A DNA stretch of 64,000 nt. Origin: an uncultured SAR86 cluster bacterium. GTDB lineage: Bacteria > Pseudomonadota > Gammaproteobacteria > Magnimaribacterales > AG-339-G14. Shown here one piece after another: positions 12,428 through 24,365 of the stretch. The stretch is from positions 26,482-90,481 of the forward strand of contig CABZJI010000001.1 of the NCBI GenBank assembly GCA_902526045.1. Direction: 5' to 3'. The stretch's first letter is position 1. Every line of letters starts with the position of its first letter. The notes beneath the pieces are model-generated. The model saw nothing but the letters and a program-made list of their open reading frames with translations, did not search any database and was not told the DNA's origin. A program made the translations under genes and the position numbers.

Positions 12428-12964
12428 TTATTGAGCAAAAATATAGTCTCTGTAAAATCGTAATTCCTCGATTGATTCGAATACATCCGGACGAGCGCGA
12501 TGAGCAATTTCTTTAGATTTTGGCTTGGTTGCATCAGGCCTCCATCTTTTTGCGAGTTCCTTAACTGAACTTACATCAATGACGCGATAATGAAAATAGT
12601 CTTCTAGTTGAGGCATGTAAAGAGTTAAAAATTTTCTATCATGCCAAACGGTGTTGCCACAAAGAGGAGAAACATTTTTACCTACGTGTTGCGATAAAAA
12701 ATCAAGGGTCATCGCTTCGGCATCTTCTTGAGTAATTACGCTTCTTTTAACTTCATCAATCAAACCTGATTTTTCGTGATGTTCCTGATTCCATTCATCC
12801 ATTTGATCAAGAATTTCATTTGGTTGCTTTATAACAAGATCAGGTCCTTCAATAATTTCTGTTAAATTTTCATCCGTTACAGCAGTGAATATCTCAATGA
12901 TTCTTTCTGAGTTTGGATCCAAACCAGTCATTTCTAGATCTAGCCATATTAATTTGTTTTCCAT
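12428..12964 (-). CDS. orn: Oligoribonuclease
   Basis: LIWLDLEMTGLDP, FHYRVIDVSSVKELAKRW, HRA. Confidence 0.95.
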   Translation of the reverse strand: MENKLIWLDLEMTGLDPNSERIIEIFTAVTDENLTEIIEGPDLVIKQPNEILDQMDEWNQEHHEKSGLIDEVKRSVITQEDAEAMTLDFLSQHVGKNVSPLCGNTVWHDRKFLTLYMPQLEDYFHYRVIDVSSVKELAKRWRPDATKPKSKEIAHRARPDVFESIEELRFYRDYIFAQ

Positions 12965-13014
12965 AGAACTACTTTACAATACAGGATGAGTGAAGGTTGG
13001 TTACTATAGCAAAT

Positions 13015-13767
13015 ATGGATAAAAACAAAAAAGAATATACTGACTTTGGATATAAAGAAGTACCAAAAGAAGATAAATCTAAGTTTGTCGGTGAAGTTTT
13101 TAGCAGTGTTGCTTCAAAATATGATCTTATGAATGATGTCATGTCTTTAGGCATCCATAGACTTTGGAAAAAAGCTGCTATTGAATCTAGCCAGGTTAAG
13201 CCTGGGAATTCAGTGCTTGATGTAGCTGGAGGAACGGGAGACCTAGCGATAGAATTTTCAAAAATTGTTGGATCTTCAGGGAGTGTCGTTTTATCAGACA
13301 TCAATGAGGACATGCTTGAGGAAGGAAAAAAGAGAGTTCTTGATGCAGGAAGGCTTAATGTTGACTTCAAGATTGCTGATGCTGAAGAGTTACCATTTAA
13401 AAAAAATTCTTTTGATTGCATCTCAATTGCATTCGGAATAAGAAACGTAACTGATAAAGAGAAGGCTCTTAAAAGCATGTTTGATTGTTTAAAATCCGGC
13501 GGAAGGCTCATAGTTTTAGAATTTTCAAAGCCAACCTCAAATTTATTTTCTCAAATCTACGATATTTACTCCTTTAATTTGCTTCCGTTGATGGGTAAAT
13601 TAATTGCAGATGATGCAGATAGTTATCAGTATTTGGCAGAGTCGATCAGAAATCATCCAGATCAAGAAACTTTTAAGAAAATGATGCAGTCTGCAGGTTT
13701 TTTTGATGCTAGCTATGAAAACCTCACCGGAGGAATTGTAGCTTTGCATAAAGGAACTAAAACCTAA
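13015..13767 (+). CDS. ubiE: Ubiquinone/menaquinone C-methyltransferase
   Basis: [44 protein letters not shown]; start reset to ATG 13015. Confidence 0.96.
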   Translation: MDKNKKEYTDFGYKEVPKEDKSKFVGEVFSSVASKYDLMNDVMSLGIHRLWKKAAIESSQVKPGNSVLDVAGGTGDLAIEFSKIVGSSGSVVLSDINEDMLEEGKKRVLDAGRLNVDFKIADAEELPFKKNSFDCISIAFGIRNVTDKEKALKSMFDCLKSGGRLIVLEFSKPTSNLFSQIYDIYSFNLLPLMGKLIADDADSYQYLAESIRNHPDQETFKKMMQSAGFFDASYENLTGGIVALHKGTKT

Positions 13768-13768
13768 A

Positions 13769-15307
13769 ATGATTTTCATACAGTTCTTTAAGATTATTTT
13801 TGTTTTTTGGAAATATAGACTCGATCTCTTATTACCTGACCTCAATTTAAATAGGTTTTTTAAGATTTTGTATGTCATTAATCCATTACGTTTAATTCCT
13901 GCTAGAGGAAGTAAGGGAGAACGATTATTCTCAGCACTCCTAGCTGCCGGTCCTGTTTATGTAAAATTAGGTCAGATTTTATCAACCCGATCAGACTTCT
14001 TTGATGATGAAATAATTCATGAGCTCACAAAATTTCAATCTAATTTACCTACTTTTGACTCAAGGATAGCCGTTAGGACTATTGAAGATGACTTGGGCAA
14101 ACCAATTGAAGAACTATTTGAAAGCTTTCAGAGAAAACCTTTAGCGGCGGCATCAATTGCTCAAGTACATGAAGCGGTGCTTTTTTCTGGAGAAGAAGTT
14201 GTTGTCAAAGTGATACGCCCAAATATTCAAAAAGAAATCTCTAAAAACCTTGGTCTAATAAAATTAATTTCAAAATTATTGGATTTTCTTCTTGTTGATG
14301 CTCAAAGACTCCAACTAAAGGAATTAGTTCAAGAATATGAAATTGTAATTCAAGGAGAAGTAGATTTAAAAAAGGAATCTGCAAACACACGATTGACTGC
14401 GGAATATTTTGAAAATTCTAACCTGCTATACGTTCCAAAAGTTTTTTCAGAACTTTCTGGCAGCCAAACTTTAACGATCGAAAAAATTAAGGGCATTCCA
14501 ATAACAGATTTTAAAACTCTGGATAAATTAGATGTAGATCGTAGGCTTTTATCCGAACGTGGAGTCAACATTTTTTTTAAACAAGTATTTGAAGATAATT
14601 TTTTTCATGCAGATATGCATCCTGGGAATATTTTTGTTGATGTAAGTAATCCTAAGTCACCAACTTATATAAACGTAGATTACGCTATATGCGGAAGTTT
14701 AAGCGATCAAGAACAATTTTTTATTGGAAAAATGTTATCTGAAATGTTTTCTCAAAATTTTAAGGCGGTTGCTGAGACTATGATAAAAGCAGGATGGGTT
14801 GATAATAAAACCTCGCCACTAGAACTAGAGATAACTGTAAGAACTTTTTTAGAGCCAATTATTGAAAAACCTTTTGATGACATCAATTTTGGTGAAATGT
14901 TATTTCAGTTTTTTGATTCAACAAGAAAATATAATCTTTCTCTTCCTCCTTCGTTATTATTGCTGGAAAAAACATTAATTAACATTGAAGGCTTAGGTAA
15001 ACAGATTTATCCGCAGCTCGATTTATGGGTTACTGCTAAACCTTTTATCCAGGAGTGGATTAAGGCTAAATATAATCCAGCTAGGATTTTTAAAAAAATC
15101 CATGATGATGCTGGATTCTTGATAGAAAAAGCTGTAAACCTTCCTTCTCAAATAGCTAATTTATTTGATGCAGTAGATAAGATGGAAAATTACACCTTTG
15201 AATTACAAAACTTAAGAAAAGAAGTTAAAAAATCTGAAAGAAGAAGTTCTTGGCAACTATTTGCACTAGCTTTCCTTTTGATTCTGATAATATTTACTGT
15301 CATATGA
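13769..15307 (+). CDS. ubiB: Ubiquinone biosynthesis kinase-like UbiB
   Basis: GPVYVKLGQILSTR, AAASIAQVH, VVVKV, FFHADMHPGN. Confidence 0.95.
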   Translation: MIFIQFFKIIFVFWKYRLDLLLPDLNLNRFFKILYVINPLRLIPARGSKGERLFSALLAAGPVYVKLGQILSTRSDFFDDEIIHELTKFQSNLPTFDSRIAVRTIEDDLGKPIEELFESFQRKPLAAASIAQVHEAVLFSGEEVVVKVIRPNIQKEISKNLGLIKLISKLLDFLLVDAQRLQLKELVQEYEIVIQGEVDLKKESANTRLTAEYFENSNLLYVPKVFSELSGSQTLTIEKIKGIPITDFKTLDKLDVDRRLLSERGVNIFFKQVFEDNFFHADMHPGNIFVDVSNPKSPTYINVDYAICGSLSDQEQFFIGKMLSEMFSQNFKAVAETMIKAGWVDNKTSPLELEITVRTFLEPIIEKPFDDINFGEMLFQFFDSTRKYNLSLPPSLLLLEKTLINIEGLGKQIYPQLDLWVTAKPFIQEWIKAKYNPARIFKKIHDDAGFLIEKAVNLPSQIANLFDAVDKMENYTFELQNLRKEVKKSERRSSWQLFALAFLLILIIFTVI

Positions 15308-15615
15308 AGAAATATTTGGACGATCTTGAAGCGACAATTCGGGATAGGAAAAACAAGGATCCTCAAGAATCTTATGTTGCATCTTTAATTAAGAAAAAAG
15401 ATAAAATCATCTCAAAAATTAAAGAGGAGTCAGAGGAACTAGCAGAAGCTTTCCGGGATAATGACCCTAGTGGCATAAAACATGAATCTGCAGACCTCTT
15501 GTTTCACTTAATGGTATTATTATCTGAGAAAAATATAGCTTTCGATGAAGTTTTATTAGAACTAAAAAAACGAGAAGGAGTATCTGGTCATGAAGAAAAG
15601 AAATCGAGGAAATAA
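15304..15615 (+). CDS. hisE: Phosphoribosyl-ATP pyrophosphohydrolase
   Basis: SYVASL, KIKEESEE, ESADLLFHLMVLL, ELKKREGVSG; start reset to ATG 15304. Confidence 0.9.
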   Translation: MKKYLDDLEATIRDRKNKDPQESYVASLIKKKDKIISKIKEESEELAEAFRDNDPSGIKHESADLLFHLMVLLSEKNIAFDEVLLELKKREGVSGHEEKKSRK

Positions 15616-15618
15616 TTG

Positions 15619-15795
15619 ATGGGTTTTGGTGGCATAAGCATTTGGCAAATCTTAATCATTCTTGCAATCATAATATTGATTTTCGGTACTTCCCGATTAA
15701 AAAATATTGGTTCAGATCTTGGGTCAGCATTCAAAGGATTCAAAAAAGCTGTAAACGAGGAGCCAAAAAAGGAAGAAGATAAAGATAACCAATAA
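15619..15795 (+). CDS. tatA: Twin-arginine translocase TatA (58 aa, absent from ORF track)
   Basis: Hand translation [45 protein letters not shown]..; stop overlaps tatB ATG. Confidence 0.95.
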   Translation: MGFGGISIWQILIILAIIILIFGTSRLKNIGSDLGSAFKGFKKAVNEEPKKEEDKDNQ

Positions 15796-15989
15796 TGTTC
15801 TCTATTGGTTTTTTTGAGCTTTTCATAATCTCAATAATAGCTCTGGTTATATTAGGACCAGAAAAACTCCCACAGTTCATAAGATGGGTTGAAGAAACCA
15901 TTAAATCTATTCGTGCAAGCTTTAATAAAACTTCGAAAGAGATAAAAGATAGCATCTACATCGAAGATCATAATAAAAAAGATGATTGA
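15795..15989 (+). CDS. tatB: TatB (short form)
   Basis: [26 protein letters not shown]; between tatA and tatC. Confidence 0.9.
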   Translation: MFSIGFFELFIISIIALVILGPEKLPQFIRWVEETIKSIRASFNKTSKEIKDSIYIEDHNKKDD

Positions 15990-16710
15990 TCAAGATAAAG
16001 AAACTAACTATCTCGAGCACCTTTCTGTTTTAAGAAAAAGTATCATCAAGTTTCTTATATTTTTAGGGATAACTTTTGTTATTGCAGCTTTCTTTTCTAA
16101 AGATATTTTTAATTTTGTTTCGGATCCGCTAATCAGCGCTTTGCCAGCAGGATCCAATCTTATAGCAACTGAAGTTGCTTCGCCCTTTCTTACTCCTCTA
16201 AAATTTGCTTTTTATCTAGCCTTATTTGTTTCAATACCTTTTCTCATTTATCAGCTCATTAAATTTGCCTCGCCAGGATTGTATTTTGAAGAAAAGATTT
16301 ATTTCTTTCCTTTGGTTTTAGGTTCTATCCTCTTGTTTTATCTCGGAGTTACTTTTGCTTACTTTGTTATCCTTCCGATTGTTTTCTCTTTCTTTTCAGC
16401 CTCAACTCCAGAAAATGTAATGATGATGACAGACATCAATTTTCTCTTGTCATTTGTAATCAAAATGTTTTTTGCTTTCGGTTTAGCTTTTGAAATGCCA
16501 ATAATAATTATTCTGCTTCTTGTATCTAATTCAGTTACGGTCAGTAAACTGATAACAGCAAGACCTTATGTTTTTTTGGGATGTTTTGTGATTGGAATGT
16601 TACTTACTCCACCAGATGTAATTTCACAAAGTCTGCTTGCAATTCCCGCTTGGCTTCTCTATGAATTAGGAATCATTGTCGGTAGAATGCTCATCCGAAA
16701 TAAGCAATGA
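15982..16710 (+). CDS. tatC: TatC
   Basis: YLEHLSVLRK, ATEVASPFLTPLK, PGLYFEEK, GLAFEMP, LTPPDVISQ. Confidence 0.96.
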   Translation: MIDQDKETNYLEHLSVLRKSIIKFLIFLGITFVIAAFFSKDIFNFVSDPLISALPAGSNLIATEVASPFLTPLKFAFYLALFVSIPFLIYQLIKFASPGLYFEEKIYFFPLVLGSILLFYLGVTFAYFVILPIVFSFFSASTPENVMMMTDINFLLSFVIKMFFAFGLAFEMPIIIILLLVSNSVTVSKLITARPYVFLGCFVIGMLLTPPDVISQSLLAIPAWLLYELGIIVGRMLIRNKQ

Positions 16711-18521
16711 ATGCACTCAAATCAGTTTTTAATTTTTTAGGCAGATTTTTAACTTCCACAAGGATTGTTGTAACAAACTTAATTACTTTTATTTTTTTAG
16801 CGCTCGTTTTTATTGGTCTTATATCAGTTCTTCTCCCTAACGATAGGAGTGTTGATAAAGAAGGAAAGGTAGTTATTTTGAATCCTCAAGGCGTCCTAGT
16901 GGATCAAGAGGTGCAGTATTCAGATTTCCAATTTTCTTTCGGTCAAGTTGAACAAATTCAAACCAGAGATCTTATTAGACTTATTCAGTCAATCTCAAAA
17001 GACGAGGATATTCCTGCCGTTCTATTGGATTTCAGCGGTTTATCTTATTCTGGACCGACAAATTTAATTAAAATTTCTGAGGAAATTCAAAAGCTCAGTG
17101 AATTAAAAAGAGTTATCGCATTCTCTGATAGATATACCACTTCATCCTACTTAATCGCATCGCATGCAGATGAAATTTACATACATCAGGCAGGTGGTTT
17201 TGATATCCAGGGAATCGGAGGCTACAGAAGTTATAGCAAATCCCTATATGAAAATTTAAAAATGAAAGTCTATAACTATTCTCAAGGTGATTATAAATCT
17301 GCTGTAGAAGGACTAACTAGAGATTCAATGTCAGACTTTGATAAAAAACAAAGGAAGGCTCTTTACGATCCCATATGGAGTAAGTACAAAGAGATCATTG
17401 CCCAAGCAAGAGGTGTTTCGAGAGAAAATGTCCAAAACTTTGCAGATTCATATTTCGATGCCATTGGTGAGGCCGCTTTCGACAACATTGAAGCAGGAAT
17501 AGAGCAAGATTATTTAACAGGTGTAAAAAGTTTTCCAGAATTTAGAAGCTACATGATTGATGAATTTGGTAAAGAGGAATCATCCGATAGAGAAACCTAC
17601 AAACACATTACCTATCAGGAATATTTATCTTCAATGAAACAAGAAAAAGAAAAATCAGAGAATATAATTTCTGTTATTACTGCTGAAGGCGCAATTGTTG
17701 AAGGTGAAATTTCACAAGGCTTTGCAGGATCTGCCGGTATTGCCAGACAAATTAGAAAAGCTTATGAAGATAACAAAACTAAAGCTATTGTCTTCAGAGT
17801 TAACAGTCCTGGTGGATCAATAATTGCCAGTGAAATCATCAGAGATGAATTACTCCAGGCTAGAAATAAAGGAAAAAAAGTCATAGTTTCAATGGGTGAC
17901 TATGCTGCATCAGGTGGAGTATATATCTCCACGCCAGCAGATTATATTTTTGCACATCCGACTACAATTACTGGCTCCATAGGAGTTGCTATAGCTTTTC
18001 TTACTACTGAGGATTCCCTGGACTACATCGGTATTAGCAAAGATGGAGTTCAAACTTCTAAGTTTGCCGGTTGGACTCCTGAATTACCAGTAACGATAGA
18101 ATTAGATAATATTTTCAATAATTTAGCCGAAAGAAGCTACCAAAGATTTCTTGAGGTTGTCTCAGAATCAAGAAAAAAAGATATTTCTGAAATACACAAA
18201 ATTGCTGGTGGCAGAGTTTGGATAGGTTCAGATGCACTTCAAATAGATATTATTGATGAGCTTGGCGATATAGACGATGCTATAGAAAAAGCAGCTGCAC
18301 TTGCAGAAATTTCTGAATATCAGTTGAAATACAGCTCAAGCGATGTTTCTTTTGTTGAAATAGTTCTCTCTGAAATTTTTGGAAAACTATCTCTTCCACT
18401 AGAAAAAATTGAATTTATAGAAGCCTCTGAGTCGATTTTTAAATTTTTAACTGAGTTTGCTCCTTTGAATAAACCCTCAGCTAGCATGATCTGCGAGGTT
18501 TGCATAATTGAAACTTCATAA
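16707..18521 (+). CDS. sppA: Signal peptide peptidase SppA (67K type)
   Basis: RVNSPGGS, SMGDYAASGGVYI, TITGSIGV, GGRVWIG. Confidence 0.93.
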   Translation: MNALKSVFNFLGRFLTSTRIVVTNLITFIFLALVFIGLISVLLPNDRSVDKEGKVVILNPQGVLVDQEVQYSDFQFSFGQVEQIQTRDLIRLIQSISKDEDIPAVLLDFSGLSYSGPTNLIKISEEIQKLSELKRVIAFSDRYTTSSYLIASHADEIYIHQAGGFDIQGIGGYRSYSKSLYENLKMKVYNYSQGDYKSAVEGLTRDSMSDFDKKQRKALYDPIWSKYKEIIAQARGVSRENVQNFADSYFDAIGEAAFDNIEAGIEQDYLTGVKSFPEFRSYMIDEFGKEESSDRETYKHITYQEYLSSMKQEKEKSENIISVITAEGAIVEGEISQGFAGSAGIARQIRKAYEDNKTKAIVFRVNSPGGSIIASEIIRDELLQARNKGKKVIVSMGDYAASGGVYISTPADYIFAHPTTITGSIGVAIAFLTTEDSLDYIGISKDGVQTSKFAGWTPELPVTIELDNIFNNLAERSYQRFLEVVSESRKKDISEIHKIAGGRVWIGSDALQIDIIDELGDIDDAIEKAAALAEISEYQLKYSSSDVSFVEIVLSEIFGKLSLPLEKIEFIEASESIFKFLTEFAPLNKPSASMICEVCIIETS

Positions 18522-18981
18522 ACTTCATTTTCTTTTTTTAACAATTTTTCTTTCTGCAACTACTTATGCGGAAATCCTAAATAACTTAGAGGTTGTTTGG
18601 GTGGTAGACGGCGACACCGTGCATGCAACCATGAACGGTCAACTTTTCAAAATAAGATTAACTGAAATAGATGCCCCTGAGAGAGATCAGCCTTTTGGAA
18701 AACAATCTACAGATAATTTAAAAGTTTTTCTCATGAAAGGATTTATTGATGTAGATTTAGAAGGCCAAGATATCTACAAAAGACATTTAGGTAGGATTTA
18801 TGTTGACGGTGAAGACATTAATAAAAAGATGGTCTCGACTGGAAGTGCTTGGGTTTACGATAAATACGTTACTGAAGAAAGTTTTTATATAGAACAGAAA
18901 AAAGCCCAAAACGACAAGTTAGGAATTTGGGCTAATGAAGAAGCTGTGCCTCCTTGGGTATGGCGCCAACGGAAGAACTAA
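18508..18981 (+). CDS. Thermonuclease (SNase) family protein
   Basis: VVDGDTV, IRLTEIDAPE..QPFG, DIYKRHLG, GIWA..PPWVWR. Confidence 0.9.
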   Translation: MKLHKLHFLFLTIFLSATTYAEILNNLEVVWVVDGDTVHATMNGQLFKIRLTEIDAPERDQPFGKQSTDNLKVFLMKGFIDVDLEGQDIYKRHLGRIYVDGEDINKKMVSTGSAWVYDKYVTEESFYIEQKKAQNDKLGIWANEEAVPPWVWRQRKN

Positions 18982-19991
18982 TTTTCCAAAGAACCTTCCC
19001 ATTCTCCTAAAGCAGCTAATTTATTCATTTTAGCTCTATGAGAGAAAGCCTCTTGCGCGGCAGTCTCGTTCTCAACATTGCCACTCCAAGCTTTAAGAGC
19101 AGCTTGTTGAAGAGCTCTCCCATAAGAAAAGCTTAACTTCCAAGGATTAGATGATATTTTATTCATCTTGTCTAAATGTGCGGTTGAACCAATATCAGAC
19201 TGTCCACCAGACAAAAAAGTTACTGCCGGTAAATCATCGGGGAGACTGTTCTGTAGGCACTTCAAAGTTTTTTCTGCTACTAGAGAAATTTTTGCTTGCT
19301 CGCTTGCAGTTGAGCCACTGGTAACCATATTGGGCTTTAGAATTGTTCCATTTATATTAACCTCATAATCAGTTAGACAATTAAACAACCTTTCGAGTGA
19401 TCTAGATGTTGCTGAGTAACAATCTTCAATCGAATGAGAACCATCCATGAGAACCTCAGGTTCAACAATTGGAACCATATTATTGTTTTGAACAATCTTT
19501 GCATACTCCGCCAATGCCTCCATGTTTGCTTTGAGACAACCATCTGTTGGAAAAGAACCGTCTTGTTTTATTACTGCTCTCCACTTAGTAAATTTAGCTC
19601 CTAATGAAAAATATTCTGCACATCTCTCATCAAGACCATCTAATCCTTGTGTCAAGTTTTCATTTGGCGAAGAATCAAGTGGTATAATGCCTTTATCTAC
19701 TTTTATTCCTGGAAGAGCTCCCTGAGAGTAAATAATTTCCGAAAGCAATATCCCATCTTTCGCCTCTTGTCTTAAAGTTTCATCGAAAAGTATCACTCCT
19801 CCAATATTATTTTTCATACCTTCTGCTCTAAATAACAATTCTCGATAATCTCTTCTAGTTTCTTCGGTTGATTCTGCATTAATCGTGTCGAATCTCTTAG
19901 TAATTGTGGGCGTGCTTTCATCAGCTGCTAAAATTCCCTTGCCACCTGAAACTATATGATTAGCAATATCTTCTAAATTTTCAAAATTCAT
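18978..19991 (-). CDS. fba: Fructose-bisphosphate aldolase class I
   Basis: GKGILAADES, PGIKVDKG, FTKWR, VPIVEPE, ILKPNM, SFSYGRALQ. Confidence 0.95.
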   Translation of the reverse strand: MNFENLEDIANHIVSGGKGILAADESTPTITKRFDTINAESTEETRRDYRELLFRAEGMKNNIGGVILFDETLRQEAKDGILLSEIIYSQGALPGIKVDKGIIPLDSSPNENLTQGLDGLDERCAEYFSLGAKFTKWRAVIKQDGSFPTDGCLKANMEALAEYAKIVQNNNMVPIVEPEVLMDGSHSIEDCYSATSRSLERLFNCLTDYEVNINGTILKPNMVTSGSTASEQAKISLVAEKTLKCLQNSLPDDLPAVTFLSGGQSDIGSTAHLDKMNKISSNPWKLSFSYGRALQQAALKAWSGNVENETAAQEAFSHRAKMNKLAALGEWEGSLEN

Positions 19992-21145
19992 ATTTTCTCC
20001 TTTAATGCATCTAGAGAGGGCAATGATCCTCTTTCAATATATTCCAAAAAGGCACCTCCAGCAGTTGAGGCATACCCTACTCTATCTAATAAGCTTGATT
20101 GATTAAAGGCAGTTAAAGTCTCTCCTCCACCAATTACAGAATATGCGTTAGATTCCGAAATGGCCTTGGCTAGGTGCAATGTGCCTTTTGAAAATTCTTC
20201 TCTCTCAAAAAGACCCAAAGGACCATTCCATAAAACAGTTTTACACTTTGAGACGATTTTATTTAAGTTTTTTATTGAGTTAATACTAACGTCATAAATA
20301 ATGTCGTCTGGTAATATTTTTTCAAAAGATTTTTCAACAATAGACTTATCTTTTTGTTCCACCACAAAAGTATCGGGCAATATAATTTTATTATTTTTAC
20401 TAAGATTTTTTGCTTCTTCCAAAAAGTCATTTTCTACAATTGATTTGCCGATTTCATGTCCTTTAGATTTATATAATGTATTAGCTATCCCTCCACCAAC
20501 AAAAAGCCAATCAACTTTTTCAAGGAGAGATTCAAGAATATTGATTTTTGTGGAAATTTTAGAACCACCGATAATTCCCAGCATTGGTTTAGAAGGATTA
20601 TTTAAAATTCCGTCTAAAGAATTTAACTCTTCCTCAACTAACCTTCCAATACATGAATCCATGAAATGAATAACTCCTTCTGTGGAGCAATGGCTTCTGT
20701 GAGCAGATCCAAAAGCATCCATGACAAAAACATCTGCTAAATCTGCAAGTTTTTTTGAAAATAGCTCATCGTTCTCAGTTTCGCCTTCAAAAAATCTTAC
20801 ATTTTCCAACATTGAAATCTTTTTTTGATTGTTTGAAAAATAACCAAAGTTTAAATCATCATGAAAATAAATTTCCTCGGACAGTAAAGTGCTCAAGTGT
20901 TTTGCAACTTTCTTTAAAGAAAAGTTATTATCAATCTCTCCTTTTTTTGCAGGTCTACCAAGGTGACTCAGAATTATTACCGAGCTGGCTTTGGAGAGAA
21001 TGTAAGTTAAAGTTGGAAGTGTTCTTAAAATTCTCTCGTCATCACTGACTTTTCCATTTAAATACTTTACGTTGTAATCAAACCTCACTAATACTCTTTT
21101 TCCTTGAAGATCAAGATCATCAAGCGTTGGGATCCCGTTGATCAT
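19988..21145 (-). CDS. pgk: Phosphoglycerate kinase
   Basis: [45 protein letters not shown]. Confidence 0.95.
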   Translation of the reverse strand: MINGIPTLDDLDLQGKRVLVRFDYNVKYLNGKVSDDERILRTLPTLTYILSKASSVIILSHLGRPAKKGEIDNNFSLKKVAKHLSTLLSEEIYFHDDLNFGYFSNNQKKISMLENVRFFEGETENDELFSKKLADLADVFVMDAFGSAHRSHCSTEGVIHFMDSCIGRLVEEELNSLDGILNNPSKPMLGIIGGSKISTKINILESLLEKVDWLFVGGGIANTLYKSKGHEIGKSIVENDFLEEAKNLSKNNKIILPDTFVVEQKDKSIVEKSFEKILPDDIIYDVSINSIKNLNKIVSKCKTVLWNGPLGLFEREEFSKGTLHLAKAISESNAYSVIGGGETLTAFNQSSLLDRVGYASTAGGAFLEYIERGSLPSLDALKEKI

Positions 21146-23127
21146 TTTTTAAGAAAACTGATTATTTTTTTTGAAACCTTATCTGCGGTAAAACCGAAGT
21201 GATCCATTAAGACTAATCCTGGAGCCGATTCACCAAAGGATTCCATTCCAATGACAAGGTCTCCTTGATTGAGATACTTATGCCAGAAGTCTGGGTATCC
21301 GCACTCAATGGCTACTCGCGGTCCGTCTCCGAGAATATTATTCTTATATTCGTCGTCTTGCTGATCAAAAATTTCAGTGCAAGGCATTGATACGACGTTT
21401 ACTTTATAGCCATTTTCCTTTAAGCATGACTTCGCATGCATAGCTAACTGAACCTCTGATCCAGTAGCTATAATGGTCAGATCGTTCTGCTCTTCCTCGC
21501 TTAGTAGATATCCTCCTTTAGCAATTTGTGAGTGATCCTCTCTTTTTTGAGGTTCAAGATTCTGCCTAGAGAGGATTAGAGCAGTTGGTTTATCTTGTGA
21601 GGTTAATGATGCTTTCCAAGAGTAAGCAGTTTCAACTCCATCGCAAGGTCTCCAAGTATTTAAGTTTGGTGTAGATCTCAATATTGTTAGATGCTCAATG
21701 GGTTGATGAGTAGGCCCGTCCTCTCCTACGCCTATAGAATCATGAGTATAAACGTATATGATTGGTAGTTTCATCAATGCGCTCATTCGAACAGCGTTTC
21801 TTGCATAATCTAAGAAAGTTAAGAAGGTGCCTCCATAGGGTCTAAAACCACCATGCAAATAAAGCCCATTCATAATGGCAGACATACCAAATTCTCTTAC
21901 TCCATAACTTAAATAATTTCCTCTTCCATTTTCTAAAAATTCAGAACCCTTCCATTGAGTATTATTAGATGGAGATAAATCAGCAGAACCTCCGAACAGT
22001 TCTGGAATTCTAGGACCTAATAAATCAAGACACATACCAGATGCCTTTCTTGAAGCATAATGAGTCTCATCGATTGAAAAATTTTCTATTAAGTCATTAA
22101 AAATTTTTTCTAATTCTTCAGGTAAAGAATTTGAAAATATTCTTTTAATTTCCGAATGCTCTTTTGAGTAATTTTTTGAGTAATCATCAAAAATTGCGTT
22201 CCAATCATCTTCTTGAGCTTGGCCTTCTTTTTCATTATTCCAATCATCATAAACATGATCGGGAACTTCAAATGGAGGATACTTCCATCCAATCTCTTCT
22301 CTAGTTAGTTCTATTTCTTCATTGCCCAGTGCCGCCCCATGCACCTCAGAAGTTCCAGATTTATTTGGAGAACCCTTTCCTATGATGGTTTTACAGCAAA
22401 TCAATGTTGGCTTTTTAGATTTTTTTGCCTTTTCTATGCAAGCATTAATTTTGTTGACATTATGACCATCTACATTATCAAAAACTTCCCAACCATAAGA
22501 CTCAAATCTCTTCTTTGTATCGTCTGTGAACCAATTATCAACCCGTCCATCAATGCTGATTTCATTATCATCGTAAAATACAATTAAATTACCTAATTCT
22601 AATGTTCCTGCTAATGAACAAGCTTCATGAGAAATACCCTCCATTAAATCCCCGTCTCCAACAAAGGCGTAGGTTTTATGATCAAATATTTGGAAATTAT
22701 CTTTGTTGTATTTATTGGCCAATATTTTCTCTGCCAGGGCCATTCCAACAGCATTAGCAATGCCTTGACCTAATGGTCCTGTGGTAGTTTCAACTCCCGG
22801 CGCGTAACCTATTTCAGGATGGCCAGGCGTCTTTGAATGCAGTTGCCTAAAGTTTTTAAGGTCATCTATTGAAAGATCATATCCGGTAAGATGCAGCAGC
22901 GAATAAAGCAGCATTGAACCATGCCCATTTGAAAGAACGAACCTATCTCTATTTAGCCAGTTAGGATTATTAGGATTATGTGAAAGATGATTTATCCATA
23001 AAGCTTGAGCAATTTCTGCCATGCCCATTGGCATACCTGGATGGCCACAACCTGCAGCTTGAACTGCATCCATAGACAAAGCTCGAATAGAGTTAGCAAG
23101 ATCTGAATCAGTAGATATTTTAGGCAA
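21142..23127 (-). CDS. tkt: Transketolase
   Basis: [47 protein letters not shown]; TTG start. Confidence 0.97.
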   Translation of the reverse strand: MPKISTDSDLANSIRALSMDAVQAAGCGHPGMPMGMAEIAQALWINHLSHNPNNPNWLNRDRFVLSNGHGSMLLYSLLHLTGYDLSIDDLKNFRQLHSKTPGHPEIGYAPGVETTTGPLGQGIANAVGMALAEKILANKYNKDNFQIFDHKTYAFVGDGDLMEGISHEACSLAGTLELGNLIVFYDDNEISIDGRVDNWFTDDTKKRFESYGWEVFDNVDGHNVNKINACIEKAKKSKKPTLICCKTIIGKGSPNKSGTSEVHGAALGNEEIELTREEIGWKYPPFEVPDHVYDDWNNEKEGQAQEDDWNAIFDDYSKNYSKEHSEIKRIFSNSLPEELEKIFNDLIENFSIDETHYASRKASGMCLDLLGPRIPELFGGSADLSPSNNTQWKGSEFLENGRGNYLSYGVREFGMSAIMNGLYLHGGFRPYGGTFLTFLDYARNAVRMSALMKLPIIYVYTHDSIGVGEDGPTHQPIEHLTILRSTPNLNTWRPCDGVETAYSWKASLTSQDKPTALILSRQNLEPQKREDHSQIAKGGYLLSEEEQNDLTIIATGSEVQLAMHAKSCLKENGYKVNVVSMPCTEIFDQQDDEYKNNILGDGPRVAIECGYPDFWHKYLNQGDLVIGMESFGESAPGLVLMDHFGFTADKVSKKIISFLKK

Positions 23128-23200
23128 TTTTCAAAAAAGTACATTTTCTACTATTTTCATCTAGCTTCATAGTAGAATGTCCGCCCTCAAAGAGTTATTA

Positions 23201-24352
23201 ATGAGTGAATATAGTACTTTTACATCAGAGTCAGTATCAGAAGGTCATCCTGACAAGCTTTCTGATCAAATATCTGATGCAATTCTAGATGCATTACTTG
23301 CTGAAGATCCTAAAGCTAGAGTTGCCTGCGAGACTCTCGTAAAAACTAATCTTGTAGTCGTAGCTGGGGAGATTACATCTAGTGCAAATCCTAATTTAGA
23401 AAAAATTGTTAGAAATGTTATCAACGAGGTTGGCTATGACAACAATGATGTTGGTTTCAATGGCAACAATGTTGAATTTCTTAATGTCATAGGAAAACAA
23501 TCAAAAGACATCGCACAAGGAGTCGATGAAGGGACTGGAGAAGATCTTGACCAAGGTGCAGGCGACCAAGGCTTAATGTTTGGTTATGCAACTAATGAAA
23601 CCGAACAATTGATGCCAGCTCCCATCCATTACTCGCATTTATTAGTCCAAAAGCAATCAGAAGTTAGGAAAAATGGAAAACTAAATTGGCTAAGACCGGA
23701 TGCAAAAAGTCAACTGTCTTTTGATTATGATGCCAATGGAAACCCTTCTGCTATTAAAGCAGTGGTTCTATCCACTCAACATGATGAAGAAGTCTCTCAA
23801 GATGATTTAAAGGAAGGCGTTATGGAAGAAATCCTTAAGCCAGTATTACCAAGTAATTTAGTCAATAAAGAAACAAAATTTTTTATAAATCCTACCGGTA
23901 GATTTGTCGTTGGCGGACCAGTAGGAGATTGTGGCTTAACAGGAAGAAAAATTATCGTAGACACATATGGTGGTATGGCAAGGCATGGTGGAGGTGCTTT
24001 CTCTGGCAAAGATCCTTCAAAGGTTGATAGGTCAGCTGCATACGCAGGAAGATATGTTGCAAAAAATATTGTGGCTGCTGGATTGGCTGATAAATGTGAA
24101 GTTCAAGTATCATATGCAATTGGAATTGCTGAACCAACCTCAATAAGCATTAACACTTTTGGAACAGAGAAAATTGCTGAAGAGCAAATACTGATCTTGA
24201 TTAAAGAAAATTTTGATTTAAGACCTAAAGGCCTAATTGCTATGCTTGATTTATTGAAACCTATCTATCAAGAAACGGCTGCATATGGACATTTTGGAAG
24301 AGATCAATTTCCTTGGGAAAAAACCGATAAAATTGAAAAATTAAAGTTCTGA
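23201..24352 (+). CDS. metK: S-adenosylmethionine synthetase
   Basis: [33 protein letters not shown]; start reset to ATG 23201. Confidence 0.98.
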   Translation: MSEYSTFTSESVSEGHPDKLSDQISDAILDALLAEDPKARVACETLVKTNLVVVAGEITSSANPNLEKIVRNVINEVGYDNNDVGFNGNNVEFLNVIGKQSKDIAQGVDEGTGEDLDQGAGDQGLMFGYATNETEQLMPAPIHYSHLLVQKQSEVRKNGKLNWLRPDAKSQLSFDYDANGNPSAIKAVVLSTQHDEEVSQDDLKEGVMEEILKPVLPSNLVNKETKFFINPTGRFVVGGPVGDCGLTGRKIIVDTYGGMARHGGGAFSGKDPSKVDRSAAYAGRYVAKNIVAAGLADKCEVQVSYAIGIAEPTSISINTFGTEKIAEEQILILIKENFDLRPKGLIAMLDLLKPIYQETAAYGHFGRDQFPWEKTDKIEKLKF

Positions 24353-24365
24353 AACGGAGCAATAA

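Noticed and set aside
12969-13511. 180-aa minus-strand ORF
   Set aside because: Antisense shadow of ubiE
18978-19991. Class I aldolase as an unusual acquisition
   Set aside because: Common in many proteobacteria and in the normal pgk-fba position
23128-23200. Possible SAM/SAH riboswitch before metK-ahcY
   Set aside because: Spacer is short, shared with divergent tkt, and shows no riboswitch structure
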